Notes: a model not told the origin generated them from the sequence alone. Counted from the first letter of the stretch, positions 1-8,574 are shown. The stretch is DNA of 30,672 nt from Elusimicrobiota bacterium (GCA_027319565.1 DAHVNA010000027.1:1-30672), one strand, 5' to 3'. Translations and numbers: made by a program.

Positions 1-868
1 CCTCGCCCAAAATCAAAAGTTCTTTTGCTTTTTTAAGCCACCGCGAATCATTAAAAGCCAGAAACCCCCCCATATTGGCAAAGGCGTCTTTTTTAGCGCT
101 CATCAAACATCCATCAGCCCAGGAAAACATCTCGCGCGCGATTTGAGCGACCGGGCGATGCGATTGCCCAGGCTCTCGAAGTTTAATGAGAAAAGCGTTT
201 TCGGCAAAACGTGCGGCGTCGATAATCAGGGGAATTTTATTTTGCCGGGCCACCTTTGAGGCCTCTTTTAAATTAGACAAAGAGACGGGCTGCCCCCCCA
301 AAGAATTGTTGGTCACGGTCATGATAATCATCGGAATATTTTGAGCCCCGATTTCAGAAATGGATTTTTTCAAGGCGGCGATATCAATATTGCCTTTAAA
401 CGGAGACGAGGAAGAGAAATTAAACGCTTCTTTCACCGGCAAATCCAAGGCGACGCTTCCGGCGGCCTCCACATTGGCCCGCGTGGTATCAAAATGAGTG
501 TTGGCGATGACCGTTTTTCCCGGGCCGCAGGAAACCGACATAAAAATTCTCTCCGCCGCCCGGCCTTGATGGGCGGGCAAAACATAACGGTATCCGGTCA
601 AATCTTTAACCGCTTTTTCAAAAACATACCAGCTGCGGGCGCCGGCATATGACTCGTCTCCCCGCATCAAACACGCCCATTGCTCGGAAGACATCGCCGA
701 TGTTCCGGAATCGGTCAACAAATCGATCAAAACCTTATCGGCAGGGATTTGAAAAAGATTATAATGCGCTCTCTTTAATAAACCCGCGCGCTCTTTTTCA
801 GTAGTGAAACCCAACGGCTCGACCATCTTGATTCGGAAAGGCTCTATAATCGTTTTCCACTTAGGCAT
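1..868 (-). CDS. tnaA: Tryptophanase / tyrosine phenol-lyase family (PLP-dependent beta-eliminating lyase), 3' end beyond window
   Basis: Not in ORF track. Manual translation from ATG 868 gives MPKWKTIIEPFRIKMVEPL..IDLLTDSGTSAMS..GDESYAG..MSAKKDAFANMGG (PLP lysine motif)..ELLILGE, still open at base 1. tnaA vs tpl is not certain. Confidence 0.9.
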   Translation of the reverse strand, partial: MPKWKTIIEPFRIKMVEPLGFTTEKERAGLLKRAHYNLFQIPADKVLIDLLTDSGTSAMSSEQWACLMRGDESYAGARSWYVFEKAVKDLTGYRYVLPAHQGRAAERIFMSVSCGPGKTVIANTHFDTTRANVEAAGSVALDLPVKEAFNFSSSSPFKGNIDIAALKKSISEIGAQNIPMIIMTVTNNSLGGQPVSLSNLKEASKVARQNKIPLIIDAARFAENAFLIKLREPGQSHRPVAQIAREMFSWADGCLMSAKKDAFANMGGFLAFNDSRWLKKAKELLILGE

Positions 869-1196
869 ATGCGGTCCTATTGTTTGAGGAGTTTAAAGCG
901 CAATCCGGACACGGACAGATTTCTCTAAGGTATTCAAAAGTATAAATCCCCGCGCCATGGCCGTCGGAAAAAGAAAAAGCCAATGCATAATGACCGACGA
1001 CGCTTTCCCTTTGACAAGAAAGAGTATCCGGAATCGTCGAAACATCCAAAATCCTCTCTCCGGTGAATTCATCCCGGCACATTGCGCAGGGACAATTCAC
1101 TCTTAAGTAGCGAAAAGGGTATTGGCTTTTGTGGCCATCTTCCCAAGAAATATAGAGATTCTTCGCGTCTTTCTCGATTTCGGAGATAACTGACAT
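861..1196 (-). CDS. DUF971 / GBBH-N-like small metal-binding protein
   Basis: W.DGH.S.Y...YLR..CPCA.C, VGHYAL...FSDGH..GIYTFEYLR motifs. Stop overlaps the lyase start by 8 bp. Confidence 0.85.
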   Translation of the reverse strand: MSVISEIEKDAKNLYISWEDGHKSQYPFRYLRVNCPCAMCRDEFTGERILDVSTIPDTLSCQRESVVGHYALAFSFSDGHGAGIYTFEYLREICPCPDCALNSSNNRTAYA

Positions 1197-1280
1197 TTTT
1201 CTTGTATAAAAAACTATTTTATTATGCCTAGTAAATGTTATAAAATTAACGGCAAAGACAAAAGCACAACGGAGGCCGGC

Positions 1281-2342
1281 ATGGTTAAAAAAATGAACAA
1301 AAGCGCGTTTCTAAAAGAACCGATAGAGCACATTGATATCACCAAATTCAATGCGGTTCCCCTCATTGAAGCGATGAGCAAAATGGCTTTTTCGGCCCGA
1401 GATCTCGCGCGAGCTTCCGAAATCTATGACCGGATGCTCGCAGACAAAGACACCTCCATCATCCTCTGCTTGGCAGGGTCCTTGTTTTCCGCAGGACTTA
1501 AAAAAGTCGTCTGGGACATGGTCGAAAACAACATGGTTGACGCCATAGTGTCGACCGGCGCCAATATCGTCGACCAAGACTTCTTTGAAGCCCTTGGGAA
1601 CAAACATTATAAAGGCACCAAATGGGTCGACGATCACGCCTTGCGCGCGGCCCGTGTCGACAGAATCTATGACACCTTCATCGATGAGGACGCCTTGGGA
1701 GACACCGACAACGCCAGCGCGGAAATTGCCGATAAACTTCCGCCCCGCCCCTACTCTTCCCGCGAATTTATCGTTGAGATGGGAAAATATTTGATGACTA
1801 AAGGCAAAATCAAAGAATCGGTAGTTTTATCCGCCTATAAAAAAGGCGTGCCGATTTTTGTCCCGGCGTTCTCCGACTGCTCCGCGGGCTTTGGACTTCT
1901 CCACCATCAGTGGCACAACCCGGAAGAACATGTCTCCATTGATTCCGCCAAAGACTTTGTCGAACTCGTCAAGGTCAAATTGGCTTCTAAAGACACCGCG
2001 CTCCTTATGATCGGCGGCGGAGTTCCCAAGAATTTCGCGCAAGACGTCACTGTCGGCGTTGAAATGCTGGGGCTCGATCCCAAGATGCACAAATACGCGA
2101 TTCAAATCACCGTGGCCGATGAAAGAGACGGCGCTCTTTCCGGTTCGACGTTGAGAGAAGCTTGCTCTTGGGGGAAAGTAGACACCGTCTACGAGCAGAT
2201 GGTCTATTCCGAAGCGACGCTGGCTTTTCCTCTTCTCGCTTCTTACGCCTATCACAAAGGCTCTTGGAAAGCTCGTTCCGCGCGGAATTTTAACCGCGTT
2301 CTCAAAGAGGCGGAAGAGAAGACCTTGGTTTCCGCGAAATAA
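1281..2342 (+). CDS. Deoxyhypusine synthase-like protein (SpeY-type, probable homospermidine biosynthesis)
   Basis: STGAN, RIYD, GGGVPKNF, DGALSGS..EACSWGKV (catalytic Lys). GGAGG at 1271-1275 favours ATG 1281 over 1224. Confidence 0.88.
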   Translation: MVKKMNKSAFLKEPIEHIDITKFNAVPLIEAMSKMAFSARDLARASEIYDRMLADKDTSIILCLAGSLFSAGLKKVVWDMVENNMVDAIVSTGANIVDQDFFEALGNKHYKGTKWVDDHALRAARVDRIYDTFIDEDALGDTDNASAEIADKLPPRPYSSREFIVEMGKYLMTKGKIKESVVLSAYKKGVPIFVPAFSDCSAGFGLLHHQWHNPEEHVSIDSAKDFVELVKVKLASKDTALLMIGGGVPKNFAQDVTVGVEMLGLDPKMHKYAIQITVADERDGALSGSTLREACSWGKVDTVYEQMVYSEATLAFPLLASYAYHKGSWKARSARNFNRVLKEAEEKTLVSAK

Positions 2343-2351
2343 GCCGGACTC

Positions 2352-3455
2352 ATGGAGAAGAGTTTTGATCCAAACTCGGCGGCCGCCGAGGGTTCGGGAA
2401 TTTTCGGACTTCCATTTAAGGAATCGAACTCATCTCTGATTTATCTCCCTGTCCCTTGGGAAGCGACCACCTCTTACGGCGGAGGGACAGCCAAAGCCCC
2501 CTCCGCCATTGTTAAAGCCAGCTATCAAGTGGACCTCTTTGACGGAGAGGTCTTAAAGCCTTACGAACCGGGACTTTTCTGTCTTCCGGAATCAAAAAAA
2601 ATCAAAGAATGGAATAAACAAGCAAAAACCGCGGCGCAAAAAGTAATTGATCGGGCTTGTCATTCCGGCGAAAGCTGGAATCCAGACAAACGAAAAGTCG
2701 CTAGACCCGGGCTTACGGATTGCCGGGGTGACGTGAGTCGTTGCCTTAAAACAGTTAATACTCTCAGCGAAAAGCTCAACGAAGAAGTTTATAAGGAATC
2801 GCGAAGAATTTTGGAGGCAAAAAAAATTCTCGCCGTCATTGGCGGAGACCATTCAACTCCCTATGGGGCGATGAAAGCCGCCTGCGAGAAATTTCCCGCT
2901 CTTGGAATTCTCCACTTCGACGCTCACCATGATTTAAGGCGCGCTTATGAGGGTTTTACCCATTCCCACGCTTCCATTCTCTACAATGTCTTGGAAAATA
3001 TTCCGGTCTCTCGCCTCGTTCAAGTCGGCATTCGAGATTTCTGCGAGGAAGAAGCTGATTATGCGCGCCAGAAAAGCGGACAAGTATCGGTCTTTTACGA
3101 TTCTCAGATAAAATCTTCTCTTTTTTCCGGAGAGCCGTGGATCGGAATTGTTTCCCGTATCATCTCTCAACTTCCGGAAAAAATCTGGATTACCTTTGAC
3201 ATTGACGCGCTCGATCCCAAACTCTGTCCCAACACCGGCACTCCAGTTCCCGGGGGACTTGATTTTGAGCAGGCCGTCTATTTGATCTCTCAGGCCGTCA
3301 AAAGCGGCCGCAAAATCGTCGGCTTTGATCTCAACGAGGTTTCCCCCGGCGAGAAAGCCCACGATGACGAGTGGGACGCCAACGTCGGCGCGCGGCTTCT
3401 CTATAAAATGACCGCCTGGACCTTGGCCTCTCAAGCCCTCAGACCCTACCGTTAA
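2352..3455 (+). CDS. speB: Agmatinase / ureohydrolase family
   Basis: GGDHS, HFDAHHD, FDIDALDP, TGTPVPGG, DLNEVSP Mn-binding motifs. Starts 9 bp after the DHS-like gene. Confidence 0.88.
   Translation: MEKSFDPNSAAAEGSGIFGLPFKESNSSLIYLPVPWEATTSYGGGTAKAPSAIVKASYQVDLFDGEVLKPYEPGLFCLPESKKIKEWNKQAKTAAQKVIDRACHSGESWNPDKRKVARPGLTDCRGDVSRCLKTVNTLSEKLNEEVYKESRRILEAKKILAVIGGDHSTPYGAMKAACEKFPALGILHFDAHHDLRRAYEGFTHSHASILYNVLENIPVSRLVQVGIRDFCEEEADYARQKSGQVSVFYDSQIKSSLFSGEPWIGIVSRIISQLPEKIWITFDIDALDPKLCPNTGTPVPGGLDFEQAVYLISQAVKSGRKIVGFDLNEVSPGEKAHDDEWDANVGARLLYKMTAWTLASQALRPYR
2659..2732. repeat. REP/RPE-like palindromic element embedded in-frame in the agmatinase
   Basis: GTCATTCCGGCGAAAGCTGGAATCCAG ... 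CTAGACCCGGGCTTACGGATTGCCGGGGTGAC. The ends are imperfect inverted repeats; translates as CHSGESWNP...CRGD. Confidence 0.7.
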
Positions 3456-3504
3456 AACCTGAATCTTTTTTGCTTTTGGAGCATCCAAAAAGCAGGAGGG
3501 GTTT

Positions 3505-4155
3505 ATGGAACTACTCAACGAAGAAGTTCGCGGTGAAATCAAACGCAGGCTGGAAGTCTTGCCCAGCGATGTGAAGCTTGTTTTCTTTAAACAAAATCTT
3601 GATTGTCCGACTTGCGAGGTAGTGGAATCATTAGTTCGGGAACTCGCTTCTTTGTCTTCGCGCTTAAAACTCGAGATTCACAACCGCGCCACAGAAGAAG
3701 AAAAAGCCAAGGAATATGGAATCGATAAGGCGCCCGCCTTGGTCTTAGAAGGGTCCGCGGGAAACCGCGTCAGATTCTACGGTCTTCCGAGCGGATATGA
3801 GTTTGCCTCTTTACTGGAGGCAATCAAGGAAGCTTCCTTTGGGATAACAGAGCTGTCGGAACCCACGAAGAAAAACTTGGCTAGTCTCAAAGCGCCAATC
3901 CATATCCAGGTTTTTGTCACTCCGCATTGTCCCTATTGCCCCTCGGCAGTGCGCACCGCCCACAAATTAGCCCTTGCCTTTCCCAACATCACCGCCGACA
4001 TGGTTGAAGCCGAGGAGTTTCCGGAACTCTCGATGAAATTTGGGGTTTCCGGAGTCCCTAAAATCATCATTAACGAGACGGGAGGCTTTGACGGCGCGCG
4101 TCCGGAATCGGCCTTTGTCTCGGCGATATTAGAAACCGCCGGAGCGGTCAACTAA
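3505..4155 (+). CDS. Protein disulfide oxidoreductase (two thioredoxin folds, AhpF-N/PDO-like)
   Basis: CPTC and CPYC motifs, GLPSGYEFASL, VSGVP; SD GGAGG upstream. Confidence 0.9.
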   Translation: MELLNEEVRGEIKRRLEVLPSDVKLVFFKQNLDCPTCEVVESLVRELASLSSRLKLEIHNRATEEEKAKEYGIDKAPALVLEGSAGNRVRFYGLPSGYEFASLLEAIKEASFGITELSEPTKKNLASLKAPIHIQVFVTPHCPYCPSAVRTAHKLALAFPNITADMVEAEEFPELSMKFGVSGVPKIIINETGGFDGARPESAFVSAILETAGAVN

Positions 4156-4160
4156 AAGAG

Positions 4161-4553
4161 CTAGTATTTCGCGGTAATATAATCGACGCCTTTTTGGATG
4201 ACGTGCCTCCAGGCGGATTCCACCTCTGGAGAGAATTTTGGATCAAATTCGGAAATGGTTTTAATGAGACTCTCAATCCAGAAGCGGTAAAGATTGGGCG
4301 GAATATTGATCCCTCCTCTGCGGCTATGGGATTCGCCAATGCGGTCCAAGGTCATCTTGGCGGTTTCGCTTCCCCCGTCATACATCACCATCATGGTCAA
4401 GCCGCGCTGCAAGAGATCCTTTTGTTTGGCAAAATCGGTATGCGCAAAACGCGGTTTAATCTCGGGACTGGAAGCCAAGAAAATCTCGTAAAAACGGTCG
4501 ATAAACTTCGGTTTTGCGACGCAGCGTCCGAAACTATCCTTGGGCTCGGCCAT
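4161..4553 (-). CDS. Single-domain globin
   Basis: FIDRFYEIFL..SPEIK.RF..TDF.KQ, proximal His in GESHS, P..Y..W..SLI. ATG 4553 has GGAG upstream; track start is 4568. Confidence 0.85.
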   Translation of the reverse strand: MAEPKDSFGRCVAKPKFIDRFYEIFLASSPEIKPRFAHTDFAKQKDLLQRGLTMMVMYDGGSETAKMTLDRIGESHSRRGGINIPPNLYRFWIESLIKTISEFDPKFSPEVESAWRHVIQKGVDYITAKY

Positions 4554-4603
4554 TTTACTCTCCTGCAACTCCTGTAATTAGATTAAACAACGCTCAGGCA
4601 AAA

Positions 4604-4679
4604 TGGTGGACGTGACAGGGATCGAACCTGCGACCTCCTCGTTGCGAACGAGGCGCTCTCCCAGCTGAGCTACACGCCC
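4604..4679 (-). tRNA. tRNA-Ala(CGC)
   Basis: Reverse complement GGGCGTG TA GCTC AGCTGGGA GAGC G CCTCG TTCGCAA CGAGG AGGTC GCAGG TTCGATC CCTGT CACGTCC ACCA: 76 nt cloverleaf, anticodon CGC, G3:U70 alanine determinant, encoded CCA. Confidence 0.97.
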
Positions 4680-4680
4680 A
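4642..4680. repeat. att site, integrase-proximal (inside the intact tRNA)
   Basis: TTGCGAACGAGGCGCTCTCCCAGCTGAGCTACACGCCCA, identical to 23345-23383. Confidence 0.95.
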
Positions 4681-4687
4681 AAATCAT

Positions 4688-5755
4688 TTAATTATAAGCG
4701 TTTTTTACTGTTTTCTGGGTTTCTATTTTAAGCTTGGTGTCCAAAAAGTGTCCATCCTGGGACAAATCCGCAGATTCAACAGGCATAGACGCATCGAATT
4801 TGTCCATCTTCGCGGCCAAATGCTCCTTGGCCAAATGAGCGTAGCGCTGGGTCATTTGAGGTGAAGAATGGCCTAGTATCTTTTGCAAAGACGGCAAATC
4901 GCCCGTTCTCATGACAAAATGGCTCGCGAATGTGTGTCGTAGATCATGGAATCTGAACTCTTGTATTTTACCATTTTTCAGCGCGCGGGCAAATTGCCGT
5001 CGCAAAGTAATCTCTGGCATGTCGAAAACCGAGCCTATGGACTTGGGCCTTAGACCTAAAAAAACTTCCTTGAGTTTTTTGCCAATTGGAATTTCCCGCG
5101 GCTTTCCTGATTTCGACTCAAGAATGAAGATCGTGTCGTGTTCCAAATCCACGTTCTCCCAACGCAATCCCAGGATTTCTCCTTTCCGCATCCCAGTGAG
5201 GATAGCGCAGGTTAAAACCGGGCGTATTCGGGTCTCGGCCACATTCAGGAGTTGCTTAATCTCCGCTTCGCTTAAGAACCGCAGGCGGTGATTGTTTGGC
5301 TTTCTGCGGCGAACTTTTTCTACCGGGTTGTCGCCAAAGTAGTCCCCCCATTCCTTGGCGCGGTTAAAAACAGGCGAAAGAAACGCCAGGATGCGGTTGG
5401 CGGTCGAAGCGCTCGTCGCCGCAGTTTTCTCATTGTAGAATTCCTGTAAATCAGCCGCCGATACCTCCGCAAGTTTTTTATCGCAAAACCTTGACTCCAA
5501 GGCCTTAAAAACCGCACGACTGCCTTTCGCTTTGAGATACTGGCCCTCCAATTTCCAATATTTTTCCACGGCCTGCGTAAAAGAGATGGAACTTTTGGCG
5601 CGTTCGGGGAAAAACTTTTTCTCAGAGGCCTGAGACTGGCGTTTGAGAAGCACTTCTCGGGCCAAGCTTTTGGACGGCCCAATCTTCTCCCGTTTGCGGC
5701 GGTTGCCGCAATAATAATCGATATACCAGTTCTCGCCTCTCTTAAGGATACCCAT
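4688..5755 (-). CDS. int: Tyrosine recombinase / phage-type integrase
   Basis: TGMRKGE (R), SKSG (K), FHDLRH (HxxR), LGH, TQRYAH (Y); N-terminal arm-binding-like WYIDYY..RRKRE. ATG 5755 preferred over the track's TTG 6007, which overlaps xis. Confidence 0.95.
   Translation of the reverse strand: MGILKRGENWYIDYYCGNRRKREKIGPSKSLAREVLLKRQSQASEKKFFPERAKSSISFTQAVEKYWKLEGQYLKAKGSRAVFKALESRFCDKKLAEVSAADLQEFYNEKTAATSASTANRILAFLSPVFNRAKEWGDYFGDNPVEKVRRRKPNNHRLRFLSEAEIKQLLNVAETRIRPVLTCAILTGMRKGEILGLRWENVDLEHDTIFILESKSGKPREIPIGKKLKEVFLGLRPKSIGSVFDMPEITLRRQFARALKNGKIQEFRFHDLRHTFASHFVMRTGDLPSLQKILGHSSPQMTQRYAHLAKEHLAAKMDKFDASMPVESADLSQDGHFLDTKLKIETQKTVKNAYN
4734..4766. repeat. Putative integrase arm-type binding array (left)
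   Basis: TTGGTGTCCAAAAAGTGTCCATCCTGGGACAAA matches 23193-23225 at 31/33; GTGTCCA repeated with 11-bp period. Confidence 0.75.
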
Positions 5756-5798
5756 ATTATTATTTACGAGAAACCGCCAAAAAATGTTCCATGAGGGA

Positions 5799-6065
5799 TC
5801 ATCTTTTGACCACGCCGTTTTCCGAAAAGACTGAAACGGCCACGCGCCGTCCCTTAAGCCAGAGGTTGATCTCCTCGCGGTCAAAGCGGACCGAGCGCCC
5901 GACTTTAAGATGCGGAATCTTTTTCTGGTGCGTCCAGGTATAAAGAGTCGCCACGGGAGTTCCCATGTATGCCGATAACTCTTCGACCCGGAGAAGCTTT
6001 TTCTCAACGATCACTTCCCTGTTTTCTTGCAAGACTGCACCCACAATCACGTTGTCCTGGCTCAT
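5799..6065 (-). CDS. xis: Excisionase-like HTH (HTH_17) protein
   Basis: LLRVEELSAYMG....TLY.W....KIP..KVGRSVRF....I..WL; strong SD (GAGGGGGG); directly upstream of int. Confidence 0.88.
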   Translation of the reverse strand: MSQDNVIVGAVLQENREVIVEKKLLRVEELSAYMGTPVATLYTWTHQKKIPHLKVGRSVRFDREEINLWLKGRRVAVSVFSENGVVKR

Positions 6066-6080
6066 GATATTCCCCCCTCT

Positions 6081-6959
6081 TTAACTCAATATTCTAATCC
6101 GCTCCGGCGGATAGACGCTCAATTCCGTTGCGGCCTTAATGGCGATCGGTTCTACTCGCCTCTTCAGATAAATCTCGCCGCCGCGATAGCCGATGAACGG
6201 ACACCTGCCGAGGCTCGCCTGGAAGTCTTCTAAACTACAGACATAGATGAAGTCGGCCAAGAGTTTTCGCGCCTGAAAAAGGAGCAGCCTCGGCCCATTG
6301 GGAAACGACGTAACATAGAGGACCACCGCGCGACGGGGAAGACATCCCTGGTAAAAACTCCAGAGCTTGCGGTAACGCATCGCCGATTTCTGCGTCCGCT
6401 CAACTTCTATCGCCTTCGGCTGCTCATCATCGCTTACCCATAAATCAGGAAGCGGAAACGATCCGCGTTCATATTTTTTCTTCGCGCCCCGGCTCAGAAC
6501 CTGCCGCTCGAACTCCGTTGAAACGCGCAGACCCAGAAGCTCGCTGATTGTTAGGCCAATCCCAGTGACCAAGAGCTCATGCTTGACTAAAGAGTCCGCC
6601 ACGAAATCTCTGTAGTCTTCGAGCTTCGCCAGTCCAGCCTGTAGCAACACATCATGGCCTTTTCGCGTCAACGTGTAGACCCTTGGCACATTGGCAAAAC
6701 GATGAACCGCCGCTAAACCACGCTTTTCCAGTCTTCCCAAAACTTTATAGCCCGCCCCGCTATACTCGCCCTCAAACTTACAGCCAAAAAATAAATCCAG
6801 CCTTCTTCTTGCCTCAAGTCCTTTATGAAAAATCAATCCGTCCAACTGAGACAAACCCAGAATTCCCCATCTTTCCAGTCCCCTCATCACACTCAACCCT
6901 GCGCCTCTAATCTCAACATCAACATCATTTCCGTCACTTCCAATCTTGATCTTAATCAT
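6081..6959 (-). CDS. Replication-relaxation (Replic_Relax-like) protein
   Basis: N-terminal wHTH (L.RLEKRGL..VYTLTRKG), HELLV, PDLWV, AIEVERTQKS..RY (PD-(D/E)xK-like fold typical of this family). Confidence 0.72.
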   Translation of the reverse strand: MIKIKIGSDGNDVDVEIRGAGLSVMRGLERWGILGLSQLDGLIFHKGLEARRRLDLFFGCKFEGEYSGAGYKVLGRLEKRGLAAVHRFANVPRVYTLTRKGHDVLLQAGLAKLEDYRDFVADSLVKHELLVTGIGLTISELLGLRVSTEFERQVLSRGAKKKYERGSFPLPDLWVSDDEQPKAIEVERTQKSAMRYRKLWSFYQGCLPRRAVVLYVTSFPNGPRLLLFQARKLLADFIYVCSLEDFQASLGRCPFIGYRGGEIYLKRRVEPIAIKAATELSVYPPERIRILS

Positions 6960-7006
6960 TTTCTTTCCTTCTCCTTACGCTCTGCTTGCCGCCCCGCCTC
7001 CGCCGA

Positions 7007-7095
7007 CCTCCTGACCACAGCACCACGCTTAACCACAATTTTTAATGTGGTTGTGGGGGTGTGGTCAGGAGGCTTTGTCCCCGTTCGGGACAAAG
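7007..7095. other. Two adjacent hairpins upstream of the Replic_Relax gene (candidate origin / nick region)
   Basis: CCTCCTGACCACA 7007-7019 / TGTGGTCAGGAGG 7060-7072 with inner AACCACA/TGTGGTT; then CTTTGTCCC-cgttc-GGGACAAAG 7073-7095. The structure is seen; the function is inferred. Confidence 0.55.
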
Positions 7096-7230
7096 AGGCG
7101 GCTTGAAATGGGCGGCAAATATAAGCGTTTTTCATGATTGGTCCGTTTTCTCGCCATGTCTGCAAAAACAGACGTAGGGGCAGACATTGGGGTTGGCTGC
7201 CCCCTAAGCTCGAATTCCCCCCTTTTTTGC

Positions 7231-7613
7231 GCCCGATTCCCAGCCCATCCGTTCGATATCCCTACAAATACTTATCGTTTGAGCCGGTCAATTCCGCACA
7301 TTTCCGGAGCGCCTCATTCCCAGCTGCCCCTCACTTATATATTCGTTTGAGCGAGGCGTTTTCCCTCATTCCCCTCGTATTGATCGCTCTGTTTGGCCAC
7401 TGGCGATCCTCACTTCCTATTCGCGGGACCCCTCGAAATCCGCCCATGATTTTGTTTCTCCATCTGCCTCATCTTGCTCGATTCTTCCGTTCCCACCTCG
7501 TTTGCCATCTCCATTTCCCCCTTTCTTTTGCGCTTGATTCTCTCCTTTTTGCCGCCCGATTCCCAGCCCATCCGTTCGAGACCCCTACAAATACTTATCG
7601 TTTGAGCCGGTCA
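7231..7613. repeat. 60-bp direct repeat, two copies (7231-7290, 7554-7613)
   Basis: GCCCGATTCCCAGCCCATCCGTTCGA(T/G)A(T/C)CCCTACAAATACTTATCGTTTGAGCCGGTCA, 58/60 identical, period 323 bp. Confidence 0.92.
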
Positions 7614-7884
7614 TTTCGTTGACATCCAGGACGTTCACCAGCCAGCGACCGAGTTGCTCTACACTTTATAATGCCATTCAGTCGGGTAAATCCGGGACAA
7701 GCGGTGGGATTTTATGAGGTTTTTCAGTTCCGATTGAGGGCTTCGCGTTTCAGAAGGGATCCCTTTTGAGCGCAAATCTAAATAGCTAGGACTGGCGATT
7801 ACAAATCATGGAATACGCCTTAATTCTTCGATTGAGACTCGTGGGACCTAATCTTCCTTGGCCGAACAGACGACGGCCAGGCCA

Positions 7885-8574
7885 CTAATCCGAGTATTCA
7901 TGGAGTTCGTAAACCTTATCGATCTTCCTGCCGTTCCATTCAAAAATCAGTTGCTGTTTCTGCCGACAATGGTTTAGAACAGGAGGCCTCAAGACAGCCG
8001 CGCATTGCCCGCCCTTGTGTCGGACGCTGTTGTAGGCAATCCCATAGGAAGATTCTTTGACCAGTCTGTCGGCCAATTCTTGCGAGGCGGCGTAACTTGT
8101 CCGACTGTAGATTTGCGGCAACTTTCTCTGCATACCCCTGATGTCATGCAGGTGGCCGTCGAGATCGGCGGTCAGGACCCGCATCTCAAGCCGCATCGCT
8201 ACCTCCTGGGTGCGGCTCATAAAGATTTGGCGGTGATGCTTGGTTTCCTCGACAGCCGTCGGAAGCGTTCGCGCCGCATAATAGATTCCATGCTGGCCGT
8301 TGCTGAAACGGCTTCCTTCCGGATTCCTATATGTGAAAGGGGCCATGATGTATTCGCTGCCCGGCCCGGAGATCAAGTCCACGGGGGCGACGATGGCGAC
8401 TTCTCCACGCTCTTGCCGCAGGCGCTCGTTCGTCATCAGCTCGAGATCGGAGACCACTTCGACGTCATCGGGATCGGCCACTTTTTCCAGTATGCGCTCA
8501 TCGGGATAGCGGGTTGGAATAATGCGCCAGCAGGGCTCCCACTGAACGCGATTGACCGGGATGTTCATGCCCAC
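7885..8574 (-). CDS. RES-domain toxin (MbcT/ParT-like NAD+ phosphorylase)
   Basis: SRFSNG..GIYYAA....TA.EET..H, Y.ASQ.LA, GIAYNSVR..GG.C (R-E-S residues). Confidence 0.92.
   Translation of the reverse strand: MGMNIPVNRVQWEPCWRIIPTRYPDERILEKVADPDDVEVVSDLELMTNERLRQERGEVAIVAPVDLISGPGSEYIMAPFTYRNPEGSRFSNGQHGIYYAARTLPTAVEETKHHRQIFMSRTQEVAMRLEMRVLTADLDGHLHDIRGMQRKLPQIYSRTSYAASQELADRLVKESSYGIAYNSVRHKGGQCAAVLRPPVLNHCRQKQQLIFEWNGRKIDKVYELHEYSD

Noticed and set aside
341..652. 103-aa + strand ORF, and the many other antisense/nested ORFs in the track
   Set aside because: Shadow frames of well-supported genes (here the tryptophanase-family gene).
3471..3494. Hairpin TGCTTTTGGA-gca-TCCAAAAAGCA before the oxidoreductase RBS
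   Set aside because: Bulged, AT-rich, no downstream U-tract and does not cover the SD; function cannot be supported.
5756..6007. 84-codon open extension of the integrase frame across xis (possible xis-int frameshift fusion)
   Set aside because: It would need a +1 shift, I see no convincing slippery site, the extension is not protein-like, and the integrase domain starts cleanly at ATG 5755. The lack of an SD at 5755 remains unexplained.
7231..7613. CRISPR array interpretation of the 60-bp repeats
   Set aside because: Only two units, a 263-bp gap and no cas genes.
7134..7622. 162-aa and 70-aa + strand ORFs, and the 6956-7165 minus ORF
   Set aside because: Low-complexity translations of the pyrimidine-skewed repeat/hairpin region with no recognisable motifs.
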